Assembly: GCF_009914755.1 (NCBI RefSeq)
Contig: NC_060939.1
DNA: 64,000 nt
Source: the human T2T-CHM13v2.0 reference genome, Homo sapiens
Direction: 5' to 3' (one strand)
The notes beneath the pieces were generated by a model that saw only the letters and a program-made list of their open reading frames with translations, was not told the origin of the DNA and did no database searches. This document shows, piece after piece, positions 25,481-41,472 of this stretch. A program made the translations under genes and the position numbers. How positions within the stretch are numbered: the stretch's first letter is position 1; every line of letters begins with the position of its first letter.

Positions 25481-28329
25481 TGAAGCCCTCCTTAGAAGTA
25501 GGCAGTACAGCCGAATCAAGCCTGGTGATCAATGGGGTGACAGATGTCACAGCCAGATCGCCTTCACATCGGTAGTAGGCAGTACAAACAGTAAACAAAT
25601 GAAAGGGGACATGAGTAGGGAGGGCAGGGCCCAGGCTCTGGCTCCTGAACTCAGGATGTTCAGAGGTGATGGGCTGGTGCTCACAGGGAGGCCTTTGGCT
25701 CTGGGCTGTGTGTACTGGAGGGGAGAGGAAGTCCCCAGGACTCCTGACCTCTGGCACTGATAGGCTGATTGAAGGAGTGAGCTGTCTGGATGGTCTGGTG
25801 ACTAGAAAGGCACCTTGGCCAAGCACTGGTCTGGGCACACCGATGCCCTGTCAGGTGAGCCTGGCCATAGTCTCCTCCACTGGCTGGACTTGGGACTGCT
25901 TAGCATCTCTCTACCCCCTAGGAATGCATTGGCCTTTTGGTGGTCCAGGAAGACTGCCAGATCCGAGACTAGAAAACAAGCCCAGTCTGCGGTTGATCCA
26001 AAGGGAGAGAAGTGATGTTGTAGGCACAGAAGCCTAGAGGCTCTGGGGTGGGGGATGAGGAGGGTTGTGGGGTGAGTCAGCCTGTTGGTATGTATACCTA
26101 GTAGGGAAGGGATGTCAGCTGTCCAGGCAGGTGTGTGTGCATGCGCATGAGCCAGACAGGGCTCTCCCTGCTTAGAATCTGGTAGCCAAACCTTGTTTAC
26201 TTCCATAGATAAAGGCAAAGCGGAGGCCAGGGCTCCTCCTCTTTCTTCCCCGGACTGAACTGTCTGCTGGGATCAGGGCCAGTCCAGAGCCTTGGTTCCC
26301 CCTTTCTCTCTACCTGCTGTTCTGGCCAGGTGGGGCTCCAGGGCAGGGGTAGGTCACCTCTCATAACCTCTGTGAGCACTTTACAGCTTACTGATTGCTG
26401 TGCCACACATCCTCTCACTCAGGCCTCATCACAACAACTTCCAAAAAGGGTGCTACTAGCAGTCATCCCACTTTTTAGATTAGGAAACTAAGACTCCCAT
26501 GTTAAAGAATTTGCCCAGGGTAACACTGCCCATAAATGGTAGGCCTGAGATTCACCCCAGGGGAGACCTCCAAAAAAAGTCCTGTGCTGTTTTTCACACA
26601 AGACCATCTCTCTGGTAAAAACCTAGCATTCTGACCCAAAATAGCCCAGTGGATAACAGAACCGGGGATTGGGGAGTTTGGGGGCCAGAACTGGGCTGGG
26701 GCCACATCTGGGGGTGGTCTCCGTTCTGGAAAGTGGAGAAAGGGCTTTCCTCCGCAGACTTTTCCTGGGCTAGTCTCTCTGCCAGGCTAAGGAGGGTCCT
26801 CTTTCCTCCCTATCCTTCCAGTAGCTCTCCTGGGTCTCTGAGGAGAGGCGAGATGGGGATTCCTGTGGATGGGAGGGGGACATATCTGAGGGCCAGTCTG
26901 GGCCACCAAGTCCCACTGAACCAGGGCTGCAGCCTGTTCCACAAGGAAGTAGCAGAAAGTGTAGGTGGTGATGACTCTTACTGACCTGAGTTGCCCATGC
27001 CCTTCCTGCTCCACAGAGGCCCCATGGGAGTCCCTCTCCAGAGCCAGAGTGTGAAATTCTGGAGTCTGGTCAGGGAGCTGAGCTGGACTATGGCCCCATG
27101 GTCTTGAGACCAGCCATCCTCATCTGGAAACCCCCAGGACCTGCCTGTTTGCCACAAGAGAGGGTGGAGTGGGGATTTCCTGGGACATTGAGGGAGGCAG
27201 GTAGGGCTTGGACTTAGTATGAGCTCCAGGCCATTCTAGGCCATTCTTAGAGTGCTGCAGTGCTTTGGGAAGAGGAAAAAGCTGTGTGTGTGTCAAGGGG
27301 TTTATTCTCACCTGGGTCCAGTTAGAGAGGTTGGAGGTGGGTAATGACAGGGTAGAGCCATTAAGGGCTAGGGTGGATGAGGTGGGTTGGGTGACGTGGG
27401 TCACGGGCACTGAGAGCTTCCAAACCTTTGATTCTCCTATTGCATAGATAAATGCTCCCCAGAATGGGTTTGTTTGTTCCTCCTTCTGCCTGTGGCCAGG
27501 CCAGGCCAGTACAGATTCCTGCAGCTGGAGGCGGAGCAGCTTGCACTTCCTCTTCTCCCCTTCTCTTCCCCCACCTCTCCTCCTCCCCAGTCCTATGAAG
27601 GAGTGGCTTAGGAGGCGGAGTCTGCACTTCCCTGAGGTCCTGAGACCTGGTAACTAACTGGGGGAGGGGCTGGTTTTATTGCCACTCTAGCCCTTTGCTC
27701 TCTTGCGGGTGGGAGGAAGGGAGTGGTAAGGCAAGGTACCTGCTCCTTGGTCCTGGGGGCTGGGGCTTGGAGAGGACTGAGTTGTGTTGGGGTGGGATTC
27801 AGCCCCTGATTCAGCTCAAAGTCTGATGCATCACTCTGCATGCTACTTCCACTCTGGGGGCCTGGTGGGGCTAGCCTGTCTGTCTGCTAGGCAGACTGCT
27901 AAGTAGTCTGTCTTCTTTCTACAAAATGCAAGGAGGGAGGACTGCGCTCCTCCCAGCTCGCTACTCCCTTGGCAGGTGTTCTCAGGGTGCTCTCCTGCTT
28001 GTCAGCCAAGCCCCTGGGCTGGGAGGTTGCCTCCAGACAGCCACTTTTCGTTCCTGCTCATCCCTGTCTTATTTTCCCTAATCCCTGGAACCCAGTTCTC
28101 TTTTTACTATTTTTGTAGGCCTCTGAAACATTCAACATGTTTCTTCCTGAAATCTCTCCCTTCCCATCCCTTTTGCTGTCATTGTGCATCCTGGTCTTCT
28201 CAGCCCCAGAACCACCTTCTGTGAGTCCCCCATTGGCTCTGCTTTCTCTACTTCATCAAAGAGGAATCCCTGAGACTCGGCCTCCTACCAGCTGTTCTTA
28301 GCTCTTTACCTTCTCTTCTTTCTTTGCAT

Positions 28330-30455
<2,126 letters not shown>

Positions 30456-31141
30456 CTTAGCTGATGCTAAGCTATAGCTGATGCAGGTAGAGTACCTAGC
30501 ATGCTGCCCAGCATACACTCAGCCAGTGCCTCTATTTCCAACCCTTGCCTGTCTGTCATTGTCTGCTGGTTCGGGTGGCCTGCCTTCTCCCAAATTTAAC
30601 TTCTCTTATGACTTAACCTATATGTTCCCTCTAAATCCGGTTTCCCTTCTGCCTGTACCCTGGCTTTTCCTTCCCAGTTCCCAGAGACTGGCAGGGGAGA
30701 AGCCAGAAGCATCAGCCCAGCGTTGTTTCTCACATCTTTATCTCCATTCCCTTGGCTGCTCTGGCATTTGGGCCACTCCTGTTGCATCTGCCCTGGACCG
30801 CTGCACTGGTATACTTGCCAGCCTCCTCGCTCCACAGAATGCTTCCAAACAGATGGGAAAATAGCTGCTGCTCAGAGCTCAGGAGTGCTCCTGCTGCCCA
30901 AGCCCTGGGCCCCTCCCTTTGAACTCCTGGACCTCTGTCATGTATCTAGGAGGTCAATGTCTGGTGCAGCTGGCCTCCAGGACTCTACGCCACTGCTCAC
31001 GGCCAGTGTCTGTCCCCTTTCTGTACTACCAGTTGTTTAATATTTGAATGTTACTCCTGCTGTGTCCAAACACCCTGGCCTGGCCTCCAGGACGCTTTAA
31101 GATCAACTCAAGCCCAGCGAACTGGCCTTGCAAATTCCTAA

Positions 31142-31384
<243 letters not shown>

Positions 31385-31703
31385 TAGCCAGGATGGTCTC
31401 AATCTCCTGATCTTGTGTCTGCCCGCCTTGGCCGCCCAAAGTGCTGGGATTATAGGCGTGAGCCACCGCGCCCAGCTGTGTTCTGCCATTTTCAACAACA
31501 CCCTACATTCTCCCAACAACCAAACAAGAACAAAAACAAAAAAATCAAAAAATCCTTTCTCCCTCCTCCAGAAAGCCTTGCCTTATCCCCCTAGCCTGCC
31601 ATGGCCTCCTTTCTCTGAATGTCCACTGCCTTGTTTAGTCCACGTGTTGCTTCATGTCGTGGGGTCTTATCTGCCCAACTGGACTAATCCTCTGAAGGGC
31701 AAC

Positions 31704-32463
<760 letters not shown>

Positions 32464-32648
32464 GGCAGCGATCCTGCACTGTGCTTGTCACCCACCCCCA
32501 TGCCTGACCCTGAGGTGGGGAAGCCTCAGACACAGGCACTGTCAAGTCAAGGAAGGGCGTGGCTCCCGGGACCCCTTGTAACTGGAGGCCGAGTCTGTCT
32601 GAGGTATTTCTATTGTAGAAAATAGAAATAAGCCTATCCCCTCAAGTA

Positions 32649-32649
32649 A

Positions 32650-32687
<38 letters not shown>
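32649..32687. repeat. (TG)n microsatellite
   Basis: Directly visible. Confidence 0.95.
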
Positions 32688-32689
<2 letters not shown>

Positions 32690-32747
32690 ACTCAATAAGA
32701 TCAGATGGCAGTTTGTTCAGTAATTTGCTTCAGAAAGAGGGTTTTAC

Positions 32748-32915
32748 AGCTGGGTGTGGTAATTGTACCTTTAGTCCCAGCTACTCACGAGGCCGAGGCA
32801 GGAGGATTGCTTGAGTTTGAGGCTGTACTGGCCATGATAGAGTCTGTGAATAGTCACTGTGCTCCAGCCTAGGAAACATAGCAAGACCCCATCTCTAATA
32901 AAAAAAAAAAAAAGG
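32748..32915 (+). mobile_element. FAM (fossil Alu monomer)
   Basis: Monomer containing the FAM-type CTGTGAATAGTCACTG segment, with an A-tail. Confidence 0.7.
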
Positions 32916-33148
32916 AAAGAAAGTGGGTTACAACATAAAAATATCTTCAGTATACCAAAAACATGCTCTCTCTGAATAGAGATCAAGAAGCTGGTTCTGT
33001 TGGGGGCTCCCACCCGCACCCCATGCAGGCTGTGGAGTCCCAGTTTGGTCTAGGTGGGGCCCATACTTTCACCACCCCACTTTGCTCCTGAGAGAAGCCT
33101 GGTCCATCTAGTGAGAATTGACCTTATCTCACTTTCTCTCCCCGCCAG

Positions 33149-33276
33149 GGTCTGGGATCCCCAAGGCCTGGGCAGGCATAGACTTGAAGGTACAACCCCA
33201 GGAACCCCTGGTGCTGAAGGATGTGGAAAACACAGATTGGCGCCTACTGCGGGGTGACACGGATGTCAGGGTAGAG
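33149..33276 (+). CDS. SPINT1: SPINT1 exon 3 (internal/PKD-like domain, part 1)
   Basis: CCGCCAG| acceptor, SGIPKAWAGIDLKVQPQEPLVLK..., donor GAG|GTGAGA; 128 nt keeps the frame consistent with the flanking exons. Confidence 0.95.
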
Positions 33277-33513
33277 GTGAGACACTGGGCTGACTCTGAC
33301 CCCGCCCTCTGCCTGCCAGCCTTCTTGGAGCCCCTTTCTGGGGCCCTAGGCCAACCAATGGCCCCGGATGGGATGGGGTGGAGAGAGGCTGAAGATGCAT
33401 TTAATCCAACTCCCCCTGGCCTCCCCAGGGGTGTGGGTGTGTGTCTGGCCAGGCCTGGGGCAGCCCAAGGGCATCAGGGGGTGCCCAAGCCTGATAGCCA
33501 CTCCTGTGTGCAG

Positions 33514-33652
33514 AGGAAAGACCCAAACCAGGTGGAACTGTGGGGACTCAAGGAAGGCACCTACCTGTTCCAGCTGACAGTGACTAGCTCAGACCACCCA
33601 GAGGACACGGCCAACGTCACAGTCACTGTGCTGTCCACCAAGCAGACAGAAG
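33514..33652 (+). CDS. SPINT1: SPINT1 exon 4 (internal/PKD-like domain, part 2)
   Basis: TGTGCAG| acceptor, RKDPNQVELWGLKEGTYLFQLTVT..., donor AAG|GTGAGG; 139 nt. Confidence 0.95.
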
Positions 33653-33735
33653 GTGAGGGAGGGGTGAGGAGCAGCACCTGGAGCCCCCGCTGTGCGGATT
33701 GGCCGCACGGTCCCCTCATAAGCTCTCCCCCCTAG

Positions 33736-33906
33736 ACTACTGCCTCGCATCCAACAAGGTGGGTCGCTGCCGGGGCTCTTTCCCACGCTGGTACTATGAC
33801 CCCACGGAGCAGATCTGCAAGAGTTTCGTTTATGGAGGCTGCTTGGGCAACAAGAACAACTACCTTCGGGAAGAAGAGTGCATTCTAGCCTGTCGGGGTG
33901 TGCAAG
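33736..33906 (+). CDS. SPINT1: SPINT1 exon 5, Kunitz domain 1 (P1 Arg); alternative donor extends the exon to 33954 (+16 aa)
   Basis: YCLASNKVGRCRGSFPRWYYDPTEQICKSFVYGGCLGNKNNYLREEECILAC. Donors AAG|GTGGGC (33907) and AGG|GTGAGT (33955) are 48 nt apart. Confidence 0.97.
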
Positions 33907-34084
33907 GTGGGCCTTTGAGAGGCAGCTCTGGGGCTCAGGCGACTTTCCCCCAGGGTGAGTGGTCTCTCTCTTCTGTGGCCAGGGAGGTGGGTGGTGGGAG
34001 CTCTCCCTTGCCCACCCACCCCAATTATCTCATCCCCACTGGAGCCTGGTCATGCCTCCTCTCATTCTCTGTTCTCTCTCCCAG

Positions 34085-34111
34085 GCCCCTCCATGGAAAG
34101 GCGCCATCCAG
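34085..34111 (+). CDS. SPINT1: SPINT1 exon 6, 27-nt microexon (GPSMERRHP)
   Basis: Long pyrimidine tract + CCCAG|, donor CAG|GTGGGC; required for the 513-aa total. Confidence 0.9.
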
Positions 34112-34421
34112 GTGGGCTTTACTCCCCTCCCCATCCCCCATCCCCACCACATCTCTAGCCCATATCATCCCTATGCCCCTAAGCAGCCTGCCTTTGACCA
34201 AGCCATTCCTCCCCTCAGAGTTTGTGGAAGGACCACAAACATCCCACCCCTTCCAGCCCAGCATCGTCCTATGAGGATCTGCCCAGTTTGCGTGGGGCAG
34301 GAGTGGGGTTGGTGGAAAGGGAATGGGGGATGTGCTGTGTCTGGGCAGAGAGGGCCAAGTAGAAGGTGGGCCCTGGGCACTTGTTCTTTGCTTGAGCCTG
34401 ACCTCCCCTCCACCCGTCCAG

Positions 34422-34547
34422 TGTGCTCTGGCACCTGTCAGCCCACCCAGTTCCGCTGCAGCAATGGCTGCTGCATCGACAGTTTCCTGGAGTGTGACGA
34501 CACCCCCAACTGCCCCGACGCCTCCGACGAGGCTGCCTGTGAAAAAT
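34422..34547 (+). CDS. SPINT1: SPINT1 exon 7, LDL-receptor class A domain
   Basis: CSGTCQPTQFRCSNGCCIDSFLECDDTPNCPDASDEAAC; AG/GT boundaries; 126 nt. Confidence 0.96.
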
Positions 34548-34663
34548 GTGAGGCCTGGGGGATAGAGGGGGTTGGGCAGCAGACAGGGAGGTCCTGACAG
34601 CCTTGCCCTGAACCCCTGGGAGACCCTTGTTGGGTCTGAGACTCTGACCTTTCCTCTCTGCAG

Positions 34664-34714
34664 ACACGAGTGGCTTTGACGAGCTCCAGCGCATCCATTT
34701 CCCCAGTGACAAAG
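34664..34714 (+). CDS. SPINT1: SPINT1 exon 8 (linker)
   Basis: CTCTGCAG|, TSGFDELQRIHFPSDK, AAG|GTGAGA; 51 nt. Confidence 0.92.
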
Positions 34715-35916
34715 GTGAGATCCTCCCCAGGTGCCCTGGATCAGGGCAGACGCTGACACTGCCATCCTCACTATTTCCATCCAGCAGTGCCTGAGGGGCC
34801 TGCTGGGTGTACGGGCCTGTGGGCACAAAGAGCCAGGGTGGGCTCCCCGTTCTCCAGATGGCTCAGCTTCTTCCCTGGCTGGCTCTTGGGCTTTCTTCTG
34901 TGGCTCTGTGTTTTCCAGGCATCACTCATTCTCCGAACACCTTCATAACTTCAGCCATGTCCACCACATATTGCTCAGATCTTATTTACTTAATCAGTTA
35001 CTTTTTAAATGTAATATATTAAAAAGGAACTTTCACATCACTACCATAAATGGGAAGCCACTATTACTTGCCAAACATTGAAAAACAACACAAATAAATA
35101 TAATAAAACAGTAAGTTTTAGCTTGCCAGGCGTGGTGGCTCACACTTATAATCCCAGCGCTTTGAGAGGCCGAGGCTGGCAGATTGCTTGAGCTCAGGAG
35201 TTCAAGACCAGCGTGGGCAATATGGCAAAACCCCATCTCTACAAAAAATACAAAAATTAGCCGGATGTGGTTGCGCGTTCCTGTACTCCCAGCTACTCAG
35301 AAGGCTGAGGTAGGAGGATCACTTGAACCTGGGAGGTAGAGACTGCAGTCAGTTGAGATGGAACCACTGCACCTCAGCCTGGGCAACAGAGTGAGACCCT
35401 GTCTCAAAACAATAATAATAATAATAAGCTCTAGCTAGTTGCTTGCCTGCCAAGGCTCAGACCCTGAGGCCCATCCTCTTTTTTAAGAAAGGTAAACCAG
35501 CCAGGCGTGGTGGCTTACACCTGGAATCCCAGCTACTAGGGAGGCTGAGGTGGGAGGATCGCTTGGCCTAGGAATTTGAGGCCAACCTGGGCAACATAGC
35601 GAGACACTGTCTTTAAAAAAAAGAGGTAAACCACCCAGTGTTGGAAAACTGAGACCGTGACCCAGTCAGAAAAGCTGAAAGAAAATTGAAATAACTATGA
35701 GTCGGCGTAGTTTACTTTTGTGCCTACAGTTATTGTCCAGGGTTTGTCTTCCCTTTTCTGGCACCACTGCAGCTGGGCCAGGTGTTTTGGGGCCTCTCAG
35801 GCCCTCCCTGAGCCATGGCAGGTGGGGAGGTGCTGGGCAGCAGCCACGTGGAGCCTAGCAGAAGGTGGCAGGGAGGCCATGGACTCGCTCACCATAGCCT
35901 ACCCCATACCCCCCAG

Positions 35917-36087
35917 GGCACTGCGTGGACCTGCCAGACACAGGACTCTGCAAGGAGAGCATCCCGCGCTGGTACTACAACCCCTTCAGCGAACACTGCG
36001 CCCGCTTTACCTATGGTGGTTGTTATGGCAACAAGAACAACTTTGAGGAAGAGCAGCAGTGCCTCGAGTCTTGTCGCGGCATCTCCA
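35917..36087 (+). CDS. SPINT1: SPINT1 exon 9, Kunitz domain 2 (P1 Lys)
   Basis: HCVDLPDTGLCKESIPRWYYNPFSEHCARFTYGGCYGNKNNFEEEQQCLESC; CCCCAG| and CCA|GTGAGT; 171 nt. Confidence 0.97.
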
Positions 36088-36300
36088 GTGAGTGGGCCAG
36101 TGAGAGGGTGGGCATGTATGGGGGAAGGCTTAGCCAGTGGCCTCCACTCTGTCCCCAGGCCTTTGGGAGTCACCCCTCCATCCTCAGAGCGCCTGGAGTA
36201 GGAGTGGGAGAGGATGCCAGTGTGAGGTCTGGGGCACTGGGGAGCAGCTGAGTCTCTGAGCCCTCAGTACTGACTGGTCTTTCCCCTCATCATTCTGCAG

Positions 36301-36348
36301 AGAAGGATGTGTTTGGCCTGAGGCGGGAAATCCCCATTCCCAGCACAG
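36301..36348 (+). CDS. SPINT1: SPINT1 exon 10 (juxtamembrane stalk)
   Basis: TTCTGCAG|, KDVFGLRREIPIPST, CAG|GTAAGC; 48 nt. Confidence 0.92.
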
Positions 36349-36794
36349 GTAAGCCCTGATCTGTCCTGTAACTGAGGTTAGCATGTAGGTATCAACTCAC
36401 GGATCAACTCCACCTGTTGTGACAGCCTAACCTGTGTTGAGAAGGATGCCAAGGTGGCCTATAGAGACAGAGTACCGTAATCAAATGGGGATGCCTGCCA
36501 CACACGAGGGAGGGAGTACAGTAAAGTGCGTGCCGATGTCTGTCAGCAGCGTCCCAGGCTTCCCCCAAGTTAACTGCAAGGAGAGCGACTTGAGCTGAGA
36601 CCTGAGGCCCACCAGAGTTCCTCTGAGCTCCTGGACAGAGCTGTTCAGCTGTTCATATGTGGGAGGTCTGAGTCGGGTGCCCATGTCCTTCCATACCTGG
36701 CATCCATTTGACTTGGTCTCTTCCATAGATTGGGGGTGGGTGTCAGAACCAGGCAGGCCCTGGGAGCCCCTTATTCTACCCCTTCTTCCCCCAG

Positions 36795-37000
36795 GCTCTG
36801 TGGAGATGGCTGTCGCAGTGTTCCTGGTCATCTGCATTGTGGTGGTGGTAGCCATCTTGGGTTACTGCTTCTTCAAGAACCAGAGAAAGGACTTCCACGG
36901 ACACCACCACCACCCACCACCCACCCCTGCCAGCTCCACTGTCTCCACTACCGAGGACACGGAGCACCTGGTCTATAACCACACCACCCGGCCCCTCTGA
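36795..37000 (+). CDS. SPINT1: SPINT1 exon 11 coding part: transmembrane helix + cytoplasmic tail, stop TGA 36998-37000
   Basis: VEMAVAVFLVICIVVVVAILGYCFF TM segment, then ...NHTTRPL*. Summed CDS is 1542 nt = 513 aa. Confidence 0.97.
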
Positions 37001-37661
37001 GCCTGGGTCTCACCGGCTCTCACCTGGCCCTGCTTCCTGCTTGCCAAGGCAGAGGCCTGGGCTGGGAAAAACTTTGGAACCAGACTCTTGCCTGTTTCCC
37101 AGGCCCACTGTGCCTCAGAGACCAGGGCTCCAGCCCCTCTTGGAGAAGTCTCAGCTAAGCTCACGTCCTGAGAAAGCTCAAAGGTTTGGAAGGAGCAGAA
37201 AACCCTTGGGCCAGAAGTACCAGACTAGATGGACCTGCCTGCATAGGAGTTTGGAGGAAGTTGGAGTTTTGTTTCCTCTGTTCAAAGCTGCCTGTCCCTA
37301 CCCCATGGTGCTAGGAAGAGGAGTGGGGTGGTGTCAGACCCTGGAGGCCCCAACCCTGTCCTCCCGAGCTCCTCTTCCATGCTGTGCGCCCAGGGCTGGG
37401 AGGAAGGACTTCCCTGTGTAGTTTGTGCTGTAAAGAGTTGCTTTTTGTTTATTTAATGCTGTGGCATGGGTGAAGAGGAGGGGAAGAGGCCTGTTTGGCC
37501 TCTCTGTCCTCTCTTCCTCTTCCCCCAAGATTGAGCTCTCTGCCCTTGATCAGCCCCACCCTGGCCTAGACCAGCAGACAGAGCCAGGAGAGGCTCAGCT
37601 GCATTCCGCAGCCCCCACCCCCAAGGTTCTCCAACATCACAGCCCAGCCCACCCACTGGGT

Positions 37662-37667
37662 AATAAA
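37662..37667 (+). terminator. SPINT1: SPINT1 polyadenylation signal AATAAA
   Basis: AATAAA 661 nt after the stop, followed by GT/T-rich sequence. Confidence 0.85.
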
Positions 37668-39333
37668 AGTGGTTTGTGGAGTTTCTGGCTCTGTTCTGTG
37701 GGCCAGGAGAGGGACTAGGTTGCTGGGGGGTGATGGGACCGTCCTGTTCAGCTGGTTCAGGCTTCAGCCACCCTGTTGAGCAGGTTTTCCCATCGTCTCT
37801 CTCGAAACTGGCCTGGCCCCTGACTTTGGAGAGCAGTGCCATGTTTGACCACCAGAGGGGAGGAGTGAGCGGGCCACGGGAGCCACGAGTGTGGGGAGGC
37901 TGCAGTGCTGCTGTGTAGCATTTCTTCCTGGTGTGAGCCTCTCCACAAGCCTGTTGAGTGGTTGAGCTCTCCACAATTCTGCTCATTTGGAGGTTGGGGT
38001 TAGGGGTGCACAGGCACCTTGGCTCCTACCTCCATGTTAGGGCCCAGGTGACTAGCTGTCTCCCTCCCAACAGAAGCCCTGGCTTCTGCGCTGGAGTGCA
38101 GCACCCCCAACCAGGCTCTGAGCTCCTTCCCAGGAGCCTTTAGTAGAGACACGCCACTCCAACCCACACCCCTGCATTTGTTCAAGCTACCTCCCGGTGC
38201 CAAAAAAAAAAAAAAATCATACTTTGAGCTCATTCGTTCGTTTATTCAGTGAATTACATTGAGCTCCTCTGTGCCAGACACTGCCAATCATTAGAAATTT
38301 GATACTGCTGAGAGGGGCAGAGGAAGCACTATTTAAATGCTTTACGTATCTCGAGTTGCTGGCGCTGCACACAGCCCTTGTGATGACAATACAATCATCC
38401 GCATTTTACAGGTGAAGAAACTAATTCATTGAAATTTCCTCCCCAAGGCCCTAGAGCTGAGATTGGACTGGATCCCCAGAGTTTAGTCTTACAAAAGAGG
38501 TATCGGGGTTGGTGGGGGTGGGGGGGGGGACTTAAAAGCAAATTTTAAGCAAGTACAACTACCATGAATGTACATATATGAAGTTATAAGTGTATAGCTC
38601 AGTGAATTTCCATAATGACACACACCTCTGAGGCAGGCACCCAGATCAAGAAGCAGAACCTTCTTAGCACGCCGGGACAGGCCTCGTTTTGATGGATAAC
38701 ACCTGGTTTTGGACTCGTGCTCTCATGGACCACCTCCCCATTTTGCACGCCTCAGCCTAAGCTCAAAACCCTCCCACACAACTGCAGGTGGTGGACACTC
38801 CCTGCCTCACACCCCTGTGTCTGCTAACACCACCCTGAGCCCAGAGCACCTCTTATTTCCTTTACTGCCTGTCTTCTTGCCGGATTGTGAGATCCCAGAG
38901 CCGCAGATGGCATCCAGTTGTGTCTGGGTTCCTGGCACCCCATGCTCCCTCTGTGACCTTGGTAAATCGTAGTTTAGTAAATGTTGAGTAAGCGGCAGGG
39001 GGTGGGGCTCATCCCCATTGTTCCACTTCATAGGGCACCGTGTTTTCCCTTCTAACCCCCTACTCTGACACTCGTCCATCCTTCGAGGCTCAAAACGGAC
39101 TTGATCCCTACTGGGAACAACCCCCATTATCAGTTGGTTCTCAGACTCTACCCTAGTGTCCAGAACAGTGATCAACACAGAGCAAGTATTTAATAAGGGT
39201 TTGTTGGCCTGAAGTGAACATCCTCTCAGGGAGGGATAGACATCAAGTGAGAGGATGCCAGGCAAAGGGCCACCCCTAGTAACAGCTGCTTGCATGTGCA
39301 GAGGGAGTGCCCGAGGAGGTGGGAGCTCTCGGG

Positions 39334-39352
39334 GGTCACTAGGGGGCGCTGT
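39334..39352 (+). promoter_or_regulatory. Candidate CTCF site
   Basis: GGTCACTAGGGGGCGCTGT is a close match to the CCACYAGRKGGCRS core (one core mismatch), with its CpG retained. Confidence 0.55.
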
Positions 39353-39978
39353 GACTATGACTGGATGCCGTGTTCTTCCTGCAAGGATGTGAGGACTCAG
39401 TCTCAGGCAGGTGACAGGAGTGGAGCAATGAACGCCAAGACACAGCTCCTGCTCTCCTGGCGCTTACACTCTGGCGTGCAGGCTGCAGGGATGCAGATAC
39501 GGTGACAAAACAGTCTGGTCCCCAAACTTCTCCTTATCCCTGAGACCGCCCCAGCCATCCTCTGCTCTGTGCCCACCCACATGACTCAGAACTTTGATCC
39601 CTACCTCCATGTCCTGAACAGGCAGTTTCCTCCACTTCAGAAGTCCCCTCCGCCCTGGAAAGCTCCTACTTTACCCCGTGTTCCAGCTCACGAAGCTTTC
39701 TCTGGCTCTCCAGCCAAAGTTCATTGCTGCCCTCTCCACGCACTCCTGCTCTACACAGCTCCGCTGCACGCATAAGTCCAAGCTAGTGTGTGTCTCCCTT
39801 TATCCAGACAAGACTCCTCAGGGCGCTGACCAGGTCTTAGTTATCCTAGCGTCTCCCAAGCTGGGCCCTGCTTGTGCGTACCAGGTATCTGAAAAATGGC
39901 TGCTGGAACAAAACAGAGGCCGGTCAAGTGGAGGAGATTAAGGTTAATAAGTGACTTCGTGGAGAAAGTCTAACATCA

Positions 39979-40284
<306 letters not shown>

Positions 40285-40317
40285 TTAAAAAAAAACTAGG
40301 TGAGTAGGGGTCTCCAA

Positions 40318-40810
40318 GAGATTCTTGCACACGTATGTACATAGCATTATTCACAATAGCTAAAACATGGAATCAACCTGAGTGCCTATCAACAGATGAA
40401 TGGATAAGCAAAATGGAGTACACACAATATACACGGTGGAATAATATTCAGCCTTAAAAAGGATGTTCTAACATATGCTACAACACAGATGAACCTTCAG
40501 GACATCTATATTATGCTAAGTGAAATCAGCCAGTCACAAAAAGACAAGTATGATTCTACTCATCTGAAATGCTTAGAGTAGTCAAAATCAAAGAGACAGT
40601 AGAATGATGGTTGCTGGGAAAAGGGAAATAGAGAATTATTGCTTAATGGGTACAGAGTTCCAGTTTTGTAAAAGGAAAAGGCTCAGGAGATGGATGGTGG
40701 TGATGGTTGCACAACAATGTGAATGTACTTAGTGCCACTAAACCATATACTTTAAAATGGTTAAGATAGTAAATTTTACATTATATGTATTTTATCACAA
40801 TAAAAAAAGA
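40318..40810 (+). mobile_element. L1MB-like 3' fragment
   Basis: CATAGCATTATTCACAATAGC...GGATGGTGGTGATGGTTGCACAACAATGTGAATGTACTT...CACAATAAAAAAA. Confidence 0.85.
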
Positions 40811-41002
40811 TTGGAAAAAAATAAGATGAGCAGATGGGTGTGGGTGTTCCATGCATAACAAAATCACACTGAGCAAAAGCTGGGCAGTGGAGATCCTGGG
40901 TTTTGTTTGGGAATCACAAGCTGCTCAGTTTGGAAGCAGGGAGGTGGAAGCTGGGAGTTTGGTGGGTGGAGGGGATTTAAGCAGGGGAAAGGAGTGATCT
41001 AA

Positions 41003-41472
<470 letters not shown>

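Noticed and set aside
34025-34828. 267-aa ORF antisense to SPINT1 exons 6-8
   Set aside because: Antisense shadow of GC-rich coding exons and short introns.
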